64,000 nt of DNA, from contig JAOZFI010000043.1 of assembly GCA_027491395.1 (NCBI GenBank), forward strand, positions 1-64,000, given 5' to 3'. This document shows positions 28,485-38,108 of this stretch, one piece after another. Both the position numbers and the translations under genes were made by a program. The notes below the pieces were generated by a model, which saw only the letters and a program-made list of their open reading frames with translations, was not told the DNA's origin and ran no database searches. Within the stretch, counting starts at the first letter, position 1. Each line of letters opens with the position of its first letter. The stretch comes from Thermoproteota archaeon (GTDB taxonomy: Archaea; Korarchaeota; Korarchaeia; Korarchaeales; Korarchaeaceae).

Positions 28485-28970
28485 ATGATGCTAGATTTGA
28501 CGATCCTGATCCTGAAATCCCTCTGGTACATTCTACCTGCATATATGGCTAACATGTCACCAGTCATTTTTGGAGGGGGGAGACCCCTAGACATGGGGAA
28601 GAAGTTCCTAGATGGAAGGAGGATACTTGGAGACCACAAGACCATCAAGGGTTTCGCCTCCGGAATACTGATTGGCACATTAGTGGGATGCCTACAGGGA
28701 AGGTCTCTAACGGGCTTCCTCCTCTCCTCGGGTGCAATGCTTGGGGATTCTCTAGGCTCGTTCGTAAAAAGGAGAATGGGGATAGAGGCTGGTGGTTCTG
28801 CCCCCTTTCTCGATCAAGAGGGATTCCTAATAATTTCCATTCTTCTCTCTTATCCAGTGGAACCTCTGGATATTGGGTCCATTCTATTCCTCTTGGTGGT
28901 GACTCCCGCGCTCCATAAGGGCACTAATGTGATAGCGCATAGGCTAGGGTTGAAGGGGGTCGATCATTGA
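28485..28970 (+). CDS. carS: CDP-archaeol synthase
   Basis: PAYMANMSP, PLDMGK..DGRRILGDHKT.KG, GDSLGSFVKRR, LDQ. Confidence 0.93.
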   Translation: MMLDLTILILKSLWYILPAYMANMSPVIFGGGRPLDMGKKFLDGRRILGDHKTIKGFASGILIGTLVGCLQGRSLTGFLLSSGAMLGDSLGSFVKRRMGIEAGGSAPFLDQEGFLIISILLSYPVEPLDIGSILFLLVVTPALHKGTNVIAHRLGLKGVDH

Positions 28971-29881
28971 GATTCGAAGACCTCTCATTCCTCAGGGGGA
29001 GGATCCCCGATGAGTACCTGAAGAAGCTCGTCGAAAAGGGTATATCGGTTAGGGACCTGCTCACCTTCTCTGAAAAGCAGCTTGCAGATGAGCTGGCTAT
29101 CGACAGGAAGGTTGCTAGGGGGATATTGGACACAGTTGCCTCAATTCTACTCAAACCCGTACCTGCCGATGAACTTCTAAGGGAAGAGAAGCCCATCCTG
29201 AGTACCGGGATCAAAAGGTTAGATGACCTGCTGAGCGGAGGATTACAAATAGGAACTATAAATGCCATATTCGGACCTCCAGCCTCGGGTAAAACGCAGT
29301 TCTGTCTCCATATGACAGCTAGATCTCTACTGGATGAGCATGAGGGTGGCGTAGCCTCTGAGGAGGCTATATTCTTGGATACGGAGGGGACTTTCGTTCC
29401 GGAGAGAATGAAAGCATTCCTGTACAGTAACGGTCTGGTAGACAGAGATCTATCTAGGGTGAGGGTGTTCTCGGCCCCGGGTGTATCCCAACTGAAGGTA
29501 GCCCTCAAGCTTTCCTCTGACTTCGTTAAAGAGGGTACCAGCAGGTTCGTATGTGTGGATTCGATATCCTACCCTTTCAGGGGATATAAAGGGTTGGATG
29601 GCCTGAGAGAAAGGCAGGAAGAGCTCCAAGAGGCGCTGATGCTCGTGAGAAGGATCGCAGAACTGGACGCGGTGATCCTGATCACGGCCCACGCTGTCAG
29701 ATGGGGTAAGGAGATCACCTCTAAGGGCGGTTTTGTTCTCGGCCATGTCCCCCACAACACCCTTTACTTCAGAAAGGCTAGGGAGAACCTAGTGATAGTA
29801 TCCTTGGAGGACTCCTCTTACCTGCCTCCAGGTCAGGCAGCCTTCAAAATAACTGAATTTGGCCTAGAATCCCCGCGATAA
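28967..29881 (+). CDS. RadA/Rad51 paralogue with N-terminal helical domain
   Basis: STGIKRLDDLLSGG, GPPASGKTQ, DTEGTF.PER, VDSI, GG.VLGH, LPPGQAAFKITEFG. Confidence 0.85.
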   Translation: MRFEDLSFLRGRIPDEYLKKLVEKGISVRDLLTFSEKQLADELAIDRKVARGILDTVASILLKPVPADELLREEKPILSTGIKRLDDLLSGGLQIGTINAIFGPPASGKTQFCLHMTARSLLDEHEGGVASEEAIFLDTEGTFVPERMKAFLYSNGLVDRDLSRVRVFSAPGVSQLKVALKLSSDFVKEGTSRFVCVDSISYPFRGYKGLDGLRERQEELQEALMLVRRIAELDAVILITAHAVRWGKEITSKGGFVLGHVPHNTLYFRKARENLVIVSLEDSSYLPPGQAAFKITEFGLESPR

Positions 29882-29928
29882 TCATCTAAGGATTAAAAGG
29901 AATAGGAGTAATCCTACTAGGTGATCGC

Positions 29929-30354
29929 ATGCACGAGGTCCCTGAGGACAGGTACTATACCAAGACTCACGAGTGGGTCAAGCTGGAGGGTGACACCGCT
30001 AAAATGGGCCTGACCTCCTATGCCGTGGAGGAGCTGGGCGATATTACATATCTCGAGGTCAAGCCAGTGGGAACTAAGGTCAGCCAAGGGGAGCCCATAG
30101 GATTGGTGGAGAGTAGTAAAACCACCGAGAAGATATATGCTCCACTATCGGGCGAGATCTCCGAGTTGAACAGAGAGGTCGGCGTGGTAGAGGAGGGAAG
30201 TGATGAAATTCCGATGGGTTTGGAGACAATAACCGAGGATCCCTACGGGGAGGGTTGGATTCTCGCTATAAAGGTGGGGCCGGAGGCTGAGAAGGAGATA
30301 AAGAACCTCCTCTCACCTGAAGAGTACGAGAAGCTCTTGGAGGAACACCGATGA
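29929..30354 (+). CDS. gcvH: Glycine cleavage H protein
   Basis: YTKTHEWV, VESSK lipoyl Lys, DPYGEGW. Confidence 0.95.
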   Translation: MHEVPEDRYYTKTHEWVKLEGDTAKMGLTSYAVEELGDITYLEVKPVGTKVSQGEPIGLVESSKTTEKIYAPLSGEISELNREVGVVEEGSDEIPMGLETITEDPYGEGWILAIKVGPEAEKEIKNLLSPEEYEKLLEEHR

Positions 30355-31541
30355 TGGGTAAGTACGTCAAATCAATAAAGGACCCTATCCATGGTTACAT
30401 AGAGCTGACTCGCCTCGAGCTTGAGATAGTGGACACCTTACCGCTTCAGAGGCTGAGGAGGATAAAGCAGCTCCCTGGATCGGAGTACGTCTATCCTGGG
30501 GCAATGAACACGAGGTTCGAGCATTCTCTCGGTGTGATGCATCTAGCAGGGCTCATGGGAAAGAGGATAAGCGAGCAATCAGGAGATGAGGATATAGTGA
30601 CTCTCCTGAGGGTATCTGGCCTGCTCCATGACATAGGCCACGGCCCCTTCTCTCACTCCTTTGAGCCCATCCTGAAAAGGTCTCTAGGCATGACTCACGA
30701 GGAGATGAGCGTCCACCTCGTAAAGAGTACCGAGATATCTGACATCTTGGGGAGATGGGGCGTGGAGGTTAATGAGGTAACCGACCTGATAGAGGGCGTT
30801 CATCCTAGGAGGAGCTTCTCTAGAATAATAAACTCCTCGGTGGACGCAGATAAAATGGATTATACCGTTAGGGATTCCTATCACACGGGAGCTGGTTACA
30901 GTGTCGACATTCATAGGATCGCACTTAACTCATTAGAAATTAATGGGGACCTCGTCATCAATGCCAGAGCGCTAGAAGCTGTGGAATCCCTCCTAATGGC
31001 CCGATTACTATCTTTCAGGACAGTCTACTACCATAAAACATCAAGAGCAGTCCAACTGATGTTGGAGAGGGCGATGCTGTCGGTGATTGACAGATTGAAT
31101 CTCTCGAAATGCTTAGACGATCCAGAGGTCTTCCTTCATCTAGATGATTACACCATGTGGGATATCCTCAGGAGAGACGGGAGAAGTAAGGAGATAATGG
31201 ATAGGTTGATGAGGCGCTACATACTCAAACTAGCAAAGGAGTGGTACGACACATCCCTTTCTGAGGAAGAGGTCTCCGACCTAAAATCTCACATAGCGGA
31301 CCGCGCGGGCCTGAAGGATGACGATCTCGTGGTGGACTCCCCCCATATAGAATTCATAAAATCCACAGATCTTCCCCTTCTATGGAGAGAGGGTTCTCTA
31401 TTGGATCCCTTAGAGGCCTCTCCGGTTTTGAGTAGACTGAGAAACCTTCTACCTAGGATGGTGAGGGTCTATACATGGCCACCTTACAGGGATAGGGTAA
31501 GACGGGTATTGAAAGACCGACGCCCCGAGGATCTACTTTGA
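30351..31541 (+). CDS. HD-domain phosphohydrolase (dNTP triphosphohydrolase-like)
   Basis: DPIHG, QRLRRIKQL, RFEHSLG, LLHDIGHGPFSH, DADKMDY..RD. Confidence 0.9.
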   Translation: MMGKYVKSIKDPIHGYIELTRLELEIVDTLPLQRLRRIKQLPGSEYVYPGAMNTRFEHSLGVMHLAGLMGKRISEQSGDEDIVTLLRVSGLLHDIGHGPFSHSFEPILKRSLGMTHEEMSVHLVKSTEISDILGRWGVEVNEVTDLIEGVHPRRSFSRIINSSVDADKMDYTVRDSYHTGAGYSVDIHRIALNSLEINGDLVINARALEAVESLLMARLLSFRTVYYHKTSRAVQLMLERAMLSVIDRLNLSKCLDDPEVFLHLDDYTMWDILRRDGRSKEIMDRLMRRYILKLAKEWYDTSLSEEEVSDLKSHIADRAGLKDDDLVVDSPHIEFIKSTDLPLLWREGSLLDPLEASPVLSRLRNLLPRMVRVYTWPPYRDRVRRVLKDRRPEDLL

Positions 31542-31580
31542 GGTGCCGGGGTTACCGGGAACCATTTTTAACTTAGAGGT

Positions 31581-32123
31581 TTGGTCGTAGAGCGGGGGTC
31601 CCCCATATTAGGTAAGGAGTTCCTAGTTTGCGGAGAGAGCTGCAGGAAGGTTCTGTCAATGACCCTGATAGGACTATCGAGACTTCACGGGATCCACGAG
31701 GAGAGGGAACTCTGGTCGGGTTCTACCCCCCAAGTTAAGAAGGGTTATGTGTCCTATGAGGTAGTTCTACTGGAAGAAGGAGAGAAACCCTCCCCCTTTC
31801 AAGGAGGGAACGCAGTTAAGCATGTCATAAAGGTTCTCCATGGTCCCGAGGATCCCATAGGAGAGACCCACAGGTTCAGAGTGACACTAGGCTACTATTA
31901 CATAAGTGGGGGAAGGGCCATCCATCTCAAGAGGGACATCTACCGGGTGGATGTCCGGGGGATCGAGGGAGGTGCGTTAGTCTCGTTGAAACTCGAGAAG
32001 GGCTTATCTAGGATCGGATACGATGAACTGATCTCTAAAATCATGGAAAAGGCTCAAGAGTCTAGCTGGGAATCTAAGATAGTCTACGCCTCCTTTCCTG
32101 ACGAGATAAGCTCCTGTAGATAG
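31581..32123 (+). CDS. Hypothetical protein
   Basis: 180-codon ORF filling the gap, TATA-like TTTTAA upstream; no motif recognised. Confidence 0.6.
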   Translation: MVVERGSPILGKEFLVCGESCRKVLSMTLIGLSRLHGIHEERELWSGSTPQVKKGYVSYEVVLLEEGEKPSPFQGGNAVKHVIKVLHGPEDPIGETHRFRVTLGYYYISGGRAIHLKRDIYRVDVRGIEGGALVSLKLEKGLSRIGYDELISKIMEKAQESSWESKIVYASFPDEISSCR

Positions 32124-32460
32124 AGCTGGTCTTCTCGATCGCCTCCAGCAGAGAATTTATCCTCGATAAGTCGTCGTCATTCAGTTCCTCACCCGCCTCG
32201 TGGACTATCCTGTCCAGATGTCTTATTAGATCCCTCATTATTCTCTCCATCACTAACCTCTGTTCCTCTATCCTCACCTCTTCCTCCGAACTTACCAAGA
32301 TGACCTTGGTCCCACACACCGCACAGACAACCTCTCCACCGGGGGTTTCGAAGAGGGGAGATCCGCAGACAGGACAGGTCTCGGGGAGCATCTTCCATCC
32401 CCTAAGCAGGGCCTCCGCCAGCTTTCTACTCCTCTCCTCCGGCCCCACGCTCCCCGACAT
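32074..32460 (-). CDS. UPF0148/SSSCA1-like zinc-ribbon protein
   Basis: LAEALLRGWKML..CPVCGSPLF...CAVC. Confidence 0.85.
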   Translation of the reverse strand: MSGSVGPEERSRKLAEALLRGWKMLPETCPVCGSPLFETPGGEVVCAVCGTKVILVSSEEEVRIEEQRLVMERIMRDLIRHLDRIVHEAGEELNDDDLSRINSLLEAIEKTSSIYRSLSRQERRRRLS

Positions 32461-32555
32461 CGAGTGATCCCCTTAGCCTAATCGCTTAGGTAATAATTTT
32501 TTAAGTCGATGAGGCGCGATCCTACCGGAGTCTGCTTGATTCGGAGGTGATTGTT

Positions 32556-32840
32556 ATGGCCACCAAGAAGTCCCAGAAGATTAAGGAGTATGAGCAGTTC
32601 CTATCAGAGGCCATCCAGAGACTTGATAAGATTTCTCAGGATAGGAGTGTCCCAAGAAATATAAGGAGAGCCACGACCGAAGCTATTGAGGCTCTCAGAG
32701 ATGAGAACTTCAGTTACGGGGTAAGGGCCAACAAGGCCATTTCTATCCTGAATGAGATAGTAAATGATATCAACATGCCCTTCCCGACTAGGTCCGAGAT
32801 CCTCCTAATAATCGGCCTCTTGGAGAGGATAAGGGACTAA
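32556..32840 (+). CDS. UPF0147 family protein
   Basis: DRSVPRNIRR, DINMPF.TR; SD GGAGGTGA. Confidence 0.88.
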   Translation: MATKKSQKIKEYEQFLSEAIQRLDKISQDRSVPRNIRRATTEAIEALRDENFSYGVRANKAISILNEIVNDINMPFPTRSEILLIIGLLERIRD

Positions 32841-33568
32841 AGGTCCCTTTTTCTGCACAGGGCCGAGATCAACTCGCTCTTAAGGAGGATGTTCTCCCAT
32901 AACAGAACCTTACTTCCCGAAGTATCTTCCGCGATAAGCCTCATCAGATCCGACAGAGAGGAAACCGAGTAGGAGATTAAGTGATATAGATCGTCAGCTA
33001 CTGGCCGCTGCTCCAGTAATGACTTTATGTTCTCCAAACCCCTTAGAATGGGTTTAAGTCCTTCCAGATCAGCCGAAATATTACGCAACCTTTCAATTAC
33101 CCTATCAAGCACCTCGGCGTAGTTCCTTGCTCTCTCCTCCCCTATCGAGCTATGAGGCTCGCAGCATAATCTAACGGATCTAGCTAAGGCATCCAAAATG
33201 CCTATAGCCGCCTCTATCTCCCTCCTCAGGTTAGCCCTCCTTGAAGTCCTAGTACCCACATCGCTCAATATCCTCTCCCGAGCCCACTTAAGCTGGGATT
33301 CCAAATCGCCGATCTTAGAGCTCAGGGCAGATAGCTCCCTCTTTAACTTGATAATGGCCTGAGGTCCGTACTCATCGAGAAATCCCATGAAAGAAGCTCT
33401 ATCTACCTCTGCAAGCTCCAATATCTCCTCAGGAATGTCTCCGGTCAGATCATCGAAGCAGGTGATTCCCGTCTTGGAGAGTAGATCAGCTAATCTCTCC
33501 CCAACCTCACTGCCGAAGTAGCTCTTCAGCGAACTGAGGAGGTAATCGGAGACGCGATCTCTTCCCAT
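32837..33568 (-). CDS. Hypothetical helical/coiled-coil protein
   Basis: ORF from ATG 33568 (the upstream extension is tRNA-Phe); heptad-rich. Confidence 0.65.
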   Translation of the reverse strand: MGRDRVSDYLLSSLKSYFGSEVGERLADLLSKTGITCFDDLTGDIPEEILELAEVDRASFMGFLDEYGPQAIIKLKRELSALSSKIGDLESQLKWARERILSDVGTRTSRRANLRREIEAAIGILDALARSVRLCCEPHSSIGEERARNYAEVLDRVIERLRNISADLEGLKPILRGLENIKSLLEQRPVADDLYHLISYSVSSLSDLMRLIAEDTSGSKVLLWENILLKSELISALCRKRDL

Positions 33569-33586
33569 ACTACCATCCCTAAGGAG

Positions 33587-33658
33587 TGCCGGGGGAGGGA
33601 TTTGAACCCTCGACCTTCCGGTCTTCAGCCGGACGCTCTCCCCCTGAGCTACCCCGGC
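33587..33658 (-). tRNA. tRNA-Phe(GAA), CCA not encoded
   Basis: GCCGGGG..CT-GAA-GA..CCCCGGCA. Confidence 0.93.
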
Positions 33659-33665
33659 AGTCAAA

Positions 33666-33741
33666 TGGTGGACCGGGGGGGACTCGAACCCCCGACCTCC
33701 CGCATGCCAAGCGGGCGCGCTACCAGCTGCGCCACCGGCCC
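33666..33741 (-). tRNA. tRNA-Ala(GGC)
   Basis: GGGCCGG..TT-GGC-AT..CCGGTCCACCA. Confidence 0.95.
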
Positions 33742-33835
33742 CAGACCATCATGGACGACTTGGGAATTTTAACCTTTTCTCTGCATCGTGAGGCGCTCCC
33801 AAGGGGGAGGGGTGAATGGATTAAACGCATTGAGG

Positions 33836-34027
33836 TTATACGACCCTTAAACCCTTCCACCTCACCTTGTTGGCCCATTCGTACCTTCTCATCCTCTTAC
33901 TCCTTCCAAAACCACATGCTGCACAGTAACCCTTCCTTACATTGTACGAGTGCCGTCCGCACCTCCTGCACCTGATGTGGGTCTTGCCCCTTCCCCTTCT
34001 ACCCATCGACGGAGTTCCCTTCACCAT
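33836..34027 (-). CDS. rpl37e: 50S ribosomal protein L37e
   Basis: [15 protein letters not shown]...CAACGFG. Confidence 0.97.
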   Translation of the reverse strand: MVKGTPSMGRRGRGKTHIRCRRCGRHSYNVRKGYCAACGFGRSKRMRRYEWANKVRWKGLRVV

Positions 34028-34040
34028 AACAGTACCCTCC

Positions 34041-34289
34041 TCACTCCATCTCTATCTTCGGTGTGGATATAGCGATCACGTTGTCTCCCCTTATTAAAAC
34101 CCTCTTACCTATTCTGCTCTGTTTAGTCTCCCCATCGGGGCTGGTATATATCTCCTCAGCATTGTCCAAGATGAGGTTGAGGTGGTTATCGTAGGCCCTC
34201 AATATTCCCCTAACGAATATGCCATTCTTCAAGGATACCAAGATATTTGTGTTAACGCTCTTGGAGAGGTATCTCATGGCGCTGGACAT
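34041..34289 (-). CDS. Sm-like archaeal protein (SmAP1)
   Basis: [20 protein letters not shown]; conserved link to rpl37e. Confidence 0.93.
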   Translation of the reverse strand: MSSAMRYLSKSVNTNILVSLKNGIFVRGILRAYDNHLNLILDNAEEIYTSPDGETKQSRIGKRVLIRGDNVIAISTPKIEME

Positions 34290-34547
34290 GTCGGTTCCCC
34301 TCGTCGATTCATTGAATAAGGAGGCTTTTTCCTTTTAAATAGGTTTTGGATGCGATATCCTAGATCAGATCTGCGGGACTTGCTAGGATAATCAGCTCCC
34401 TGTAAAGGAACCTCCATTGGAAATTCTCTCCCATCCCCATATAAAGCGATCGGGGAAAGGAAAATCCTCTTTTCATGCCCCCAGTCGAGTAGTCTTTAAA
34501 TATGTGTTGAGGTGAGATTATCGAAGCAAGTTCGTGGGGGTTGTACT

Positions 34548-34952
34548 TTGGGTTTCTTCAGAAAGCTCTTCGGAAGGGGAGAGGAGGAGTACGAGGAAGA
34601 ATATCCCGAGGAGGGGTATGAGGAGGAGATTGAGTATGAAGATCTAGATTACGAGGTAGAACCGGCGAAGGCCAAAGTTCTAGCTGAGAAGGCGATCACT
34701 GTGAAGCCCATGAGTCTGAGAAACGCTGAGGATGTCGAGCAAGTTCTCAACGAGATAAGCGAGGGTAACATAATTCTTCTGAGATACGATGACTTGGCTG
34801 CTGAGGGTGAGGAGAAGCTGAGGTTCATCATACAGAGGCTGAAGGAAAGGGTTCTGGAGATGGGTGGGGACTTGGTGCTGATAAGGGACAGGGGCTATCC
34901 TCCCATACTGATAGTCCCTAGGTTCGTGGAGATATGGCGCAGTCCCGAGTGA
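34548..34952 (+). CDS. sepF: Cell division protein SepF
   Basis: Amphipathic MGFFRKLFG N-terminus, acidic linker, EGNIILL..GGDL..LIVP core; TTG start. Confidence 0.88.
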   Translation: MGFFRKLFGRGEEEYEEEYPEEGYEEEIEYEDLDYEVEPAKAKVLAEKAITVKPMSLRNAEDVEQVLNEISEGNIILLRYDDLAAEGEEKLRFIIQRLKERVLEMGGDLVLIRDRGYPPILIVPRFVEIWRSPE

Positions 34953-34965
34953 CTCAAGGCGTTGC

Positions 34966-36861
34966 TCAAGCCAGTTTGAATGTCTCTCCCATATGGGGGG
35001 CGGAGAACCTCATTCCGCCTATACTCTTGTGGGCTAGGGGGATGAACGATCTTATTTTGTTCTCCTCTCCGTGCACTAGGAAGACCCTGTGCGGCCTGGG
35101 CTCAACCGTATTCAGGTAGGTGAGGAGCTGCACCTTGTCGGCATGAGCCGAGAACCCCTCGACGACATGAACTTTGGCCCTCACCTCGACCGTGACCATC
35201 TCACCTTCCTCGTTTGGCACCCTGATTTCCCTAGCTCCGTCCCTTATTCTCCTACCCAAGGTTCCTTCGGCTTGGTAGCTCACCAGCACTATGGAGTTAT
35301 CCTCATTCGGTGCCATGAGCCTCAGATACTCGACACTAGGACCTCCTGTGAGCATTCCCGAGGGAGCTATAATCACAGCAGGCCCTCCAGTGGTCACATC
35401 AGGCCTCTCATCGGGACCGCCGATGAAGTTGAAATGGGGATCGGTGAAGGGATCCCTGTCCTCCTTGAAGACCCTGTTCCTGACGTAGGAGGAGAGGTAG
35501 TCTGGATAAGCCGAATGGATCGCTGTCGAGTCGTAGATCATACCATCTAAGTAAACTGGTACGTCTGGAAGTGATTCCCTGCGGAACCCATCCACTAGGG
35601 AGAGCATTATCTCTTGGGCCCTGCCTACAGCCAGAGCGGGTATGAGAACCTTCCCTCCCCTCTCCGTCGTCTCCCTTATTATGGAAAAGAGGGTTTCCTC
35701 AGCCTCCCTGAGGCTGGGCAGCACGTCCCTCTCTCCACAGTATGTACACTCCATTATGAGGGTCTCAACCCTCGGGAACCTCCTCATGGCCTTATCTAAC
35801 AACTTGGTATCTCTATATCTGAAATCCCCGGTGTAGAGGATGTTATGCCTGGCGCTCTCTATGTTGAGATGGGCCAAGCTCGAACCCAGTATGTGCCCAG
35901 CGTTGTAGAGGGTGAGCTTTATGTCTGGAGATATATCGACGGTCTCTCCGTAATCCAAGGTAATCATATGGTTCATCAGATTCACAACATCCCTCCACGA
36001 GAAGAAGGGTGTTATCCCCATCTTCTGGGAGAGATTCAGATAGTCGTAAAGTAGGAGCATTATCAGGTCCCTAGTTGGTTTCGTCAAATATACGGGACCC
36101 CTATATCCATACTTGAACAGGAGAGGTAGAGCCCCAGAATGATCTAGATGGGCGTGAGTCACCACAACGGCATCGAGTTCGTCCAGCCTAAATATGGGAA
36201 GATCGAACCTTGGAAACGGATTCCTACCACCCACACTTATCCCGCTATCCAGTAGTACGGTGCTCTCATCTGTGTGAATTAGGATGGCGCTCCTGCCCAC
36301 CTCCCTAGCCGCCCCCAAGAATGTGACGAACAGGCCCCTGTCAGCTCCTACTGGGGGCCTATATATCCTAGAAGAGAGCCTCTTAAGGATTCTCTTCCTC
36401 TCGGCAGATCCGGATATCAAGATGTTGTAGAAGGTCTCCAAGAAGGCTGATTTTATTGTGGGAGCCCTTATTATGATGGGTCTCCACCCTGTCTCCTTCA
36501 GGATCTCCAGTATGTTTGAACCGCCCTTCCCGACGACGTAACCCGTCCTCTTAGCAATTATATATACCTCGTTAGTCTCATGAACAAATTTTATATCAAT
36601 TATCTCGGCTTTCTGAGGAACTAACTTCCTTATGAACTCTATAGTGGCACTTTCGTCCTTGAGAGGCTTCGATGCCAGTACTATAATTTTCTTCTTCAGG
36701 GTCTTCGCGGCGTTGGTGATGACATCAGGTATGTCCAGTATCTCCTTGGGATCCTCCGCATAAACGACGACGAAAGGTCCCTCCAAATCGACCTTGGTTA
36801 TCCTAGCGTACTGGGAGAGGTATTCCCTAACTCTCCTTTTCAGCTGATCTATGGGCTGCAA
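34966..36861 (-). CDS. fttA: aCPSF1/FttA beta-CASP ribonuclease
   Basis: N-terminal KH domains, EVGRS, THAHLDH, AGHILGS, GFSAHAD, HGE. Confidence 0.95.
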   Translation of the reverse strand: MQPIDQLKRRVREYLSQYARITKVDLEGPFVVVYAEDPKEILDIPDVITNAAKTLKKKIIVLASKPLKDESATIEFIRKLVPQKAEIIDIKFVHETNEVYIIAKRTGYVVGKGGSNILEILKETGWRPIIIRAPTIKSAFLETFYNILISGSAERKRILKRLSSRIYRPPVGADRGLFVTFLGAAREVGRSAILIHTDESTVLLDSGISVGGRNPFPRFDLPIFRLDELDAVVVTHAHLDHSGALPLLFKYGYRGPVYLTKPTRDLIMLLLYDYLNLSQKMGITPFFSWRDVVNLMNHMITLDYGETVDISPDIKLTLYNAGHILGSSLAHLNIESARHNILYTGDFRYRDTKLLDKAMRRFPRVETLIMECTYCGERDVLPSLREAEETLFSIIRETTERGGKVLIPALAVGRAQEIMLSLVDGFRRESLPDVPVYLDGMIYDSTAIHSAYPDYLSSYVRNRVFKEDRDPFTDPHFNFIGGPDERPDVTTGGPAVIIAPSGMLTGGPSVEYLRLMAPNEDNSIVLVSYQAEGTLGRRIRDGAREIRVPNEEGEMVTVEVRAKVHVVEGFSAHADKVQLLTYLNTVEPRPHRVFLVHGEENKIRSFIPLAHKSIGGMRFSAPHMGETFKLA

Positions 36862-36871
36862 TCAGACACCC

Positions 36872-37549
36872 TCATCCCGAAAGCTCCTTCCACAATTCAG
36901 TAACCTCCTCCCTAGAGAGGAACCTCACGCCACCTCTGTCTATGACCACTACGTCAATTCCATCCCCAGTAGCCGAGTCTCTAGAGAGGGCGGCCATCAT
37001 TCCAGAGATTACGAGCCTGAGAGCGCTCTCTTCATCCATATCCGGGGAGTATCCTTCCTCTATAACTGAAATAGCGACCGGAGATCCAGAACCCGTGGCT
37101 AGATAATCTTCCTCGGTCAACGTCCCGAAGAAGTCCACATTGAATAGATGCGGACCCTCTCTGTCTATACCTCCCACTATCAAGTGAGCCATGAGAAAAT
37201 ATGGTCTGTAATTCCTCAGCATCACGGCTAGGAGCTTCGATATACCCTTCAAGTTCAGTGGCCTCTCCATATCTAGCTGGTAGAGTTCGGCCATGGCCTT
37301 TATGTGGTTGACTAGGTACTGCCCATCAGCGACCAGCCCCGAAATAGTAGCGACCGCATAGTCAGTCAACTGGATGGTTTTCACAGCGCTCTTACTGGCA
37401 ACAAAGGTACCACTCGTAGCCCTCTTATCAGAGGCGATTATCACCCCATCCTTGAACTTGACGCCGACAGTCGTAGTTCCCTTCAGCAGCTTTTCTAGCT
37501 GCTCGGGGACGTCAGCACGTGCCCCTTTAGTCCTAATACCATGGAACAT
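36872..37549 (-). CDS. psmB: Proteasome beta subunit
   Basis: Propeptide-KG|TTTVG, DKRAT, ATGSGS, RDSATG. Confidence 0.95.
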   Translation of the reverse strand: MFHGIRTKGARADVPEQLEKLLKGTTTVGVKFKDGVIIASDKRATSGTFVASKSAVKTIQLTDYAVATISGLVADGQYLVNHIKAMAELYQLDMERPLNLKGISKLLAVMLRNYRPYFLMAHLIVGGIDREGPHLFNVDFFGTLTEEDYLATGSGSPVAISVIEEGYSPDMDEESALRLVISGMMAALSRDSATGDGIDVVVIDRGGVRFLSREEVTELWKELSG

Positions 37550-37643
37550 AGAACCACCTTTAGGTGAGGTTAAGTAGCTATCCCCATTCACTGGGGACAA
37601 TTGAATTAAAAGGATTCCGTTGAATCAGCATCGGTGCACTTAA

Positions 37644-38087
37644 ATGACTGATGGGGAAATAGTAGGCTTGGTACCGTCCTCTATAGCTAAAAGAGGGTTC
37701 AAATTCACCTTTGAAGGGATATCAGAAACGTGTAAGACCTGCAAGCTGAGGTCAGCATGCGTTGACGGGTTGGAGATGGGCAGGGTATATGAGGTCGTGG
37801 AGATTAACAGGAAGAAGAGATTTCCCTGCCCTCTGCACGGTGAGGTCGTGTTGGCCACCTTGAGGAAGGCACATATCCTCGTCGCCCTACCCTCCGGCCT
37901 CATAGAGGGCGCCACTATGCAGTATAAGGGGATAGAGTGCGAGGATATCTCATGCAAGAATTACCCATACTGCAAACCGGAGGGGATCGTGCCCGGAGAC
38001 AAGATAAAGATCGTGAGAGAGGTGGGCCCTCTATCCGGCTGTTCCAAGGTGGCTGGCTTCAAAATATACGAGGTTGAGGTCAGGTGA
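37644..38087 (+). CDS. UPF0179 family protein
   Basis: G.KFTF..CKTCKL..C..LEMG..Y...CPLH. Confidence 0.85.
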   Translation: MTDGEIVGLVPSSIAKRGFKFTFEGISETCKTCKLRSACVDGLEMGRVYEVVEINRKKRFPCPLHGEVVLATLRKAHILVALPSGLIEGATMQYKGIECEDISCKNYPYCKPEGIVPGDKIKIVREVGPLSGCSKVAGFKIYEVEVR

Positions 38088-38108
38088 TCTCAACCCCAAT
38101 CAGGGCTC

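Noticed and set aside
20572-30354. gcvP separated from gcvH, with no gcvT
   Set aside because: Dispersed gcv genes are common in archaea; gcvT may lie outside the window
33569-33664. N-terminal extension of ORF 32837-33664
   Set aside because: The extension is tRNA-Phe; ATG 33568 is more plausible
34580-34656. GAGGAG-rich quasi-repeat
   Set aside because: Encodes the acidic SepF linker
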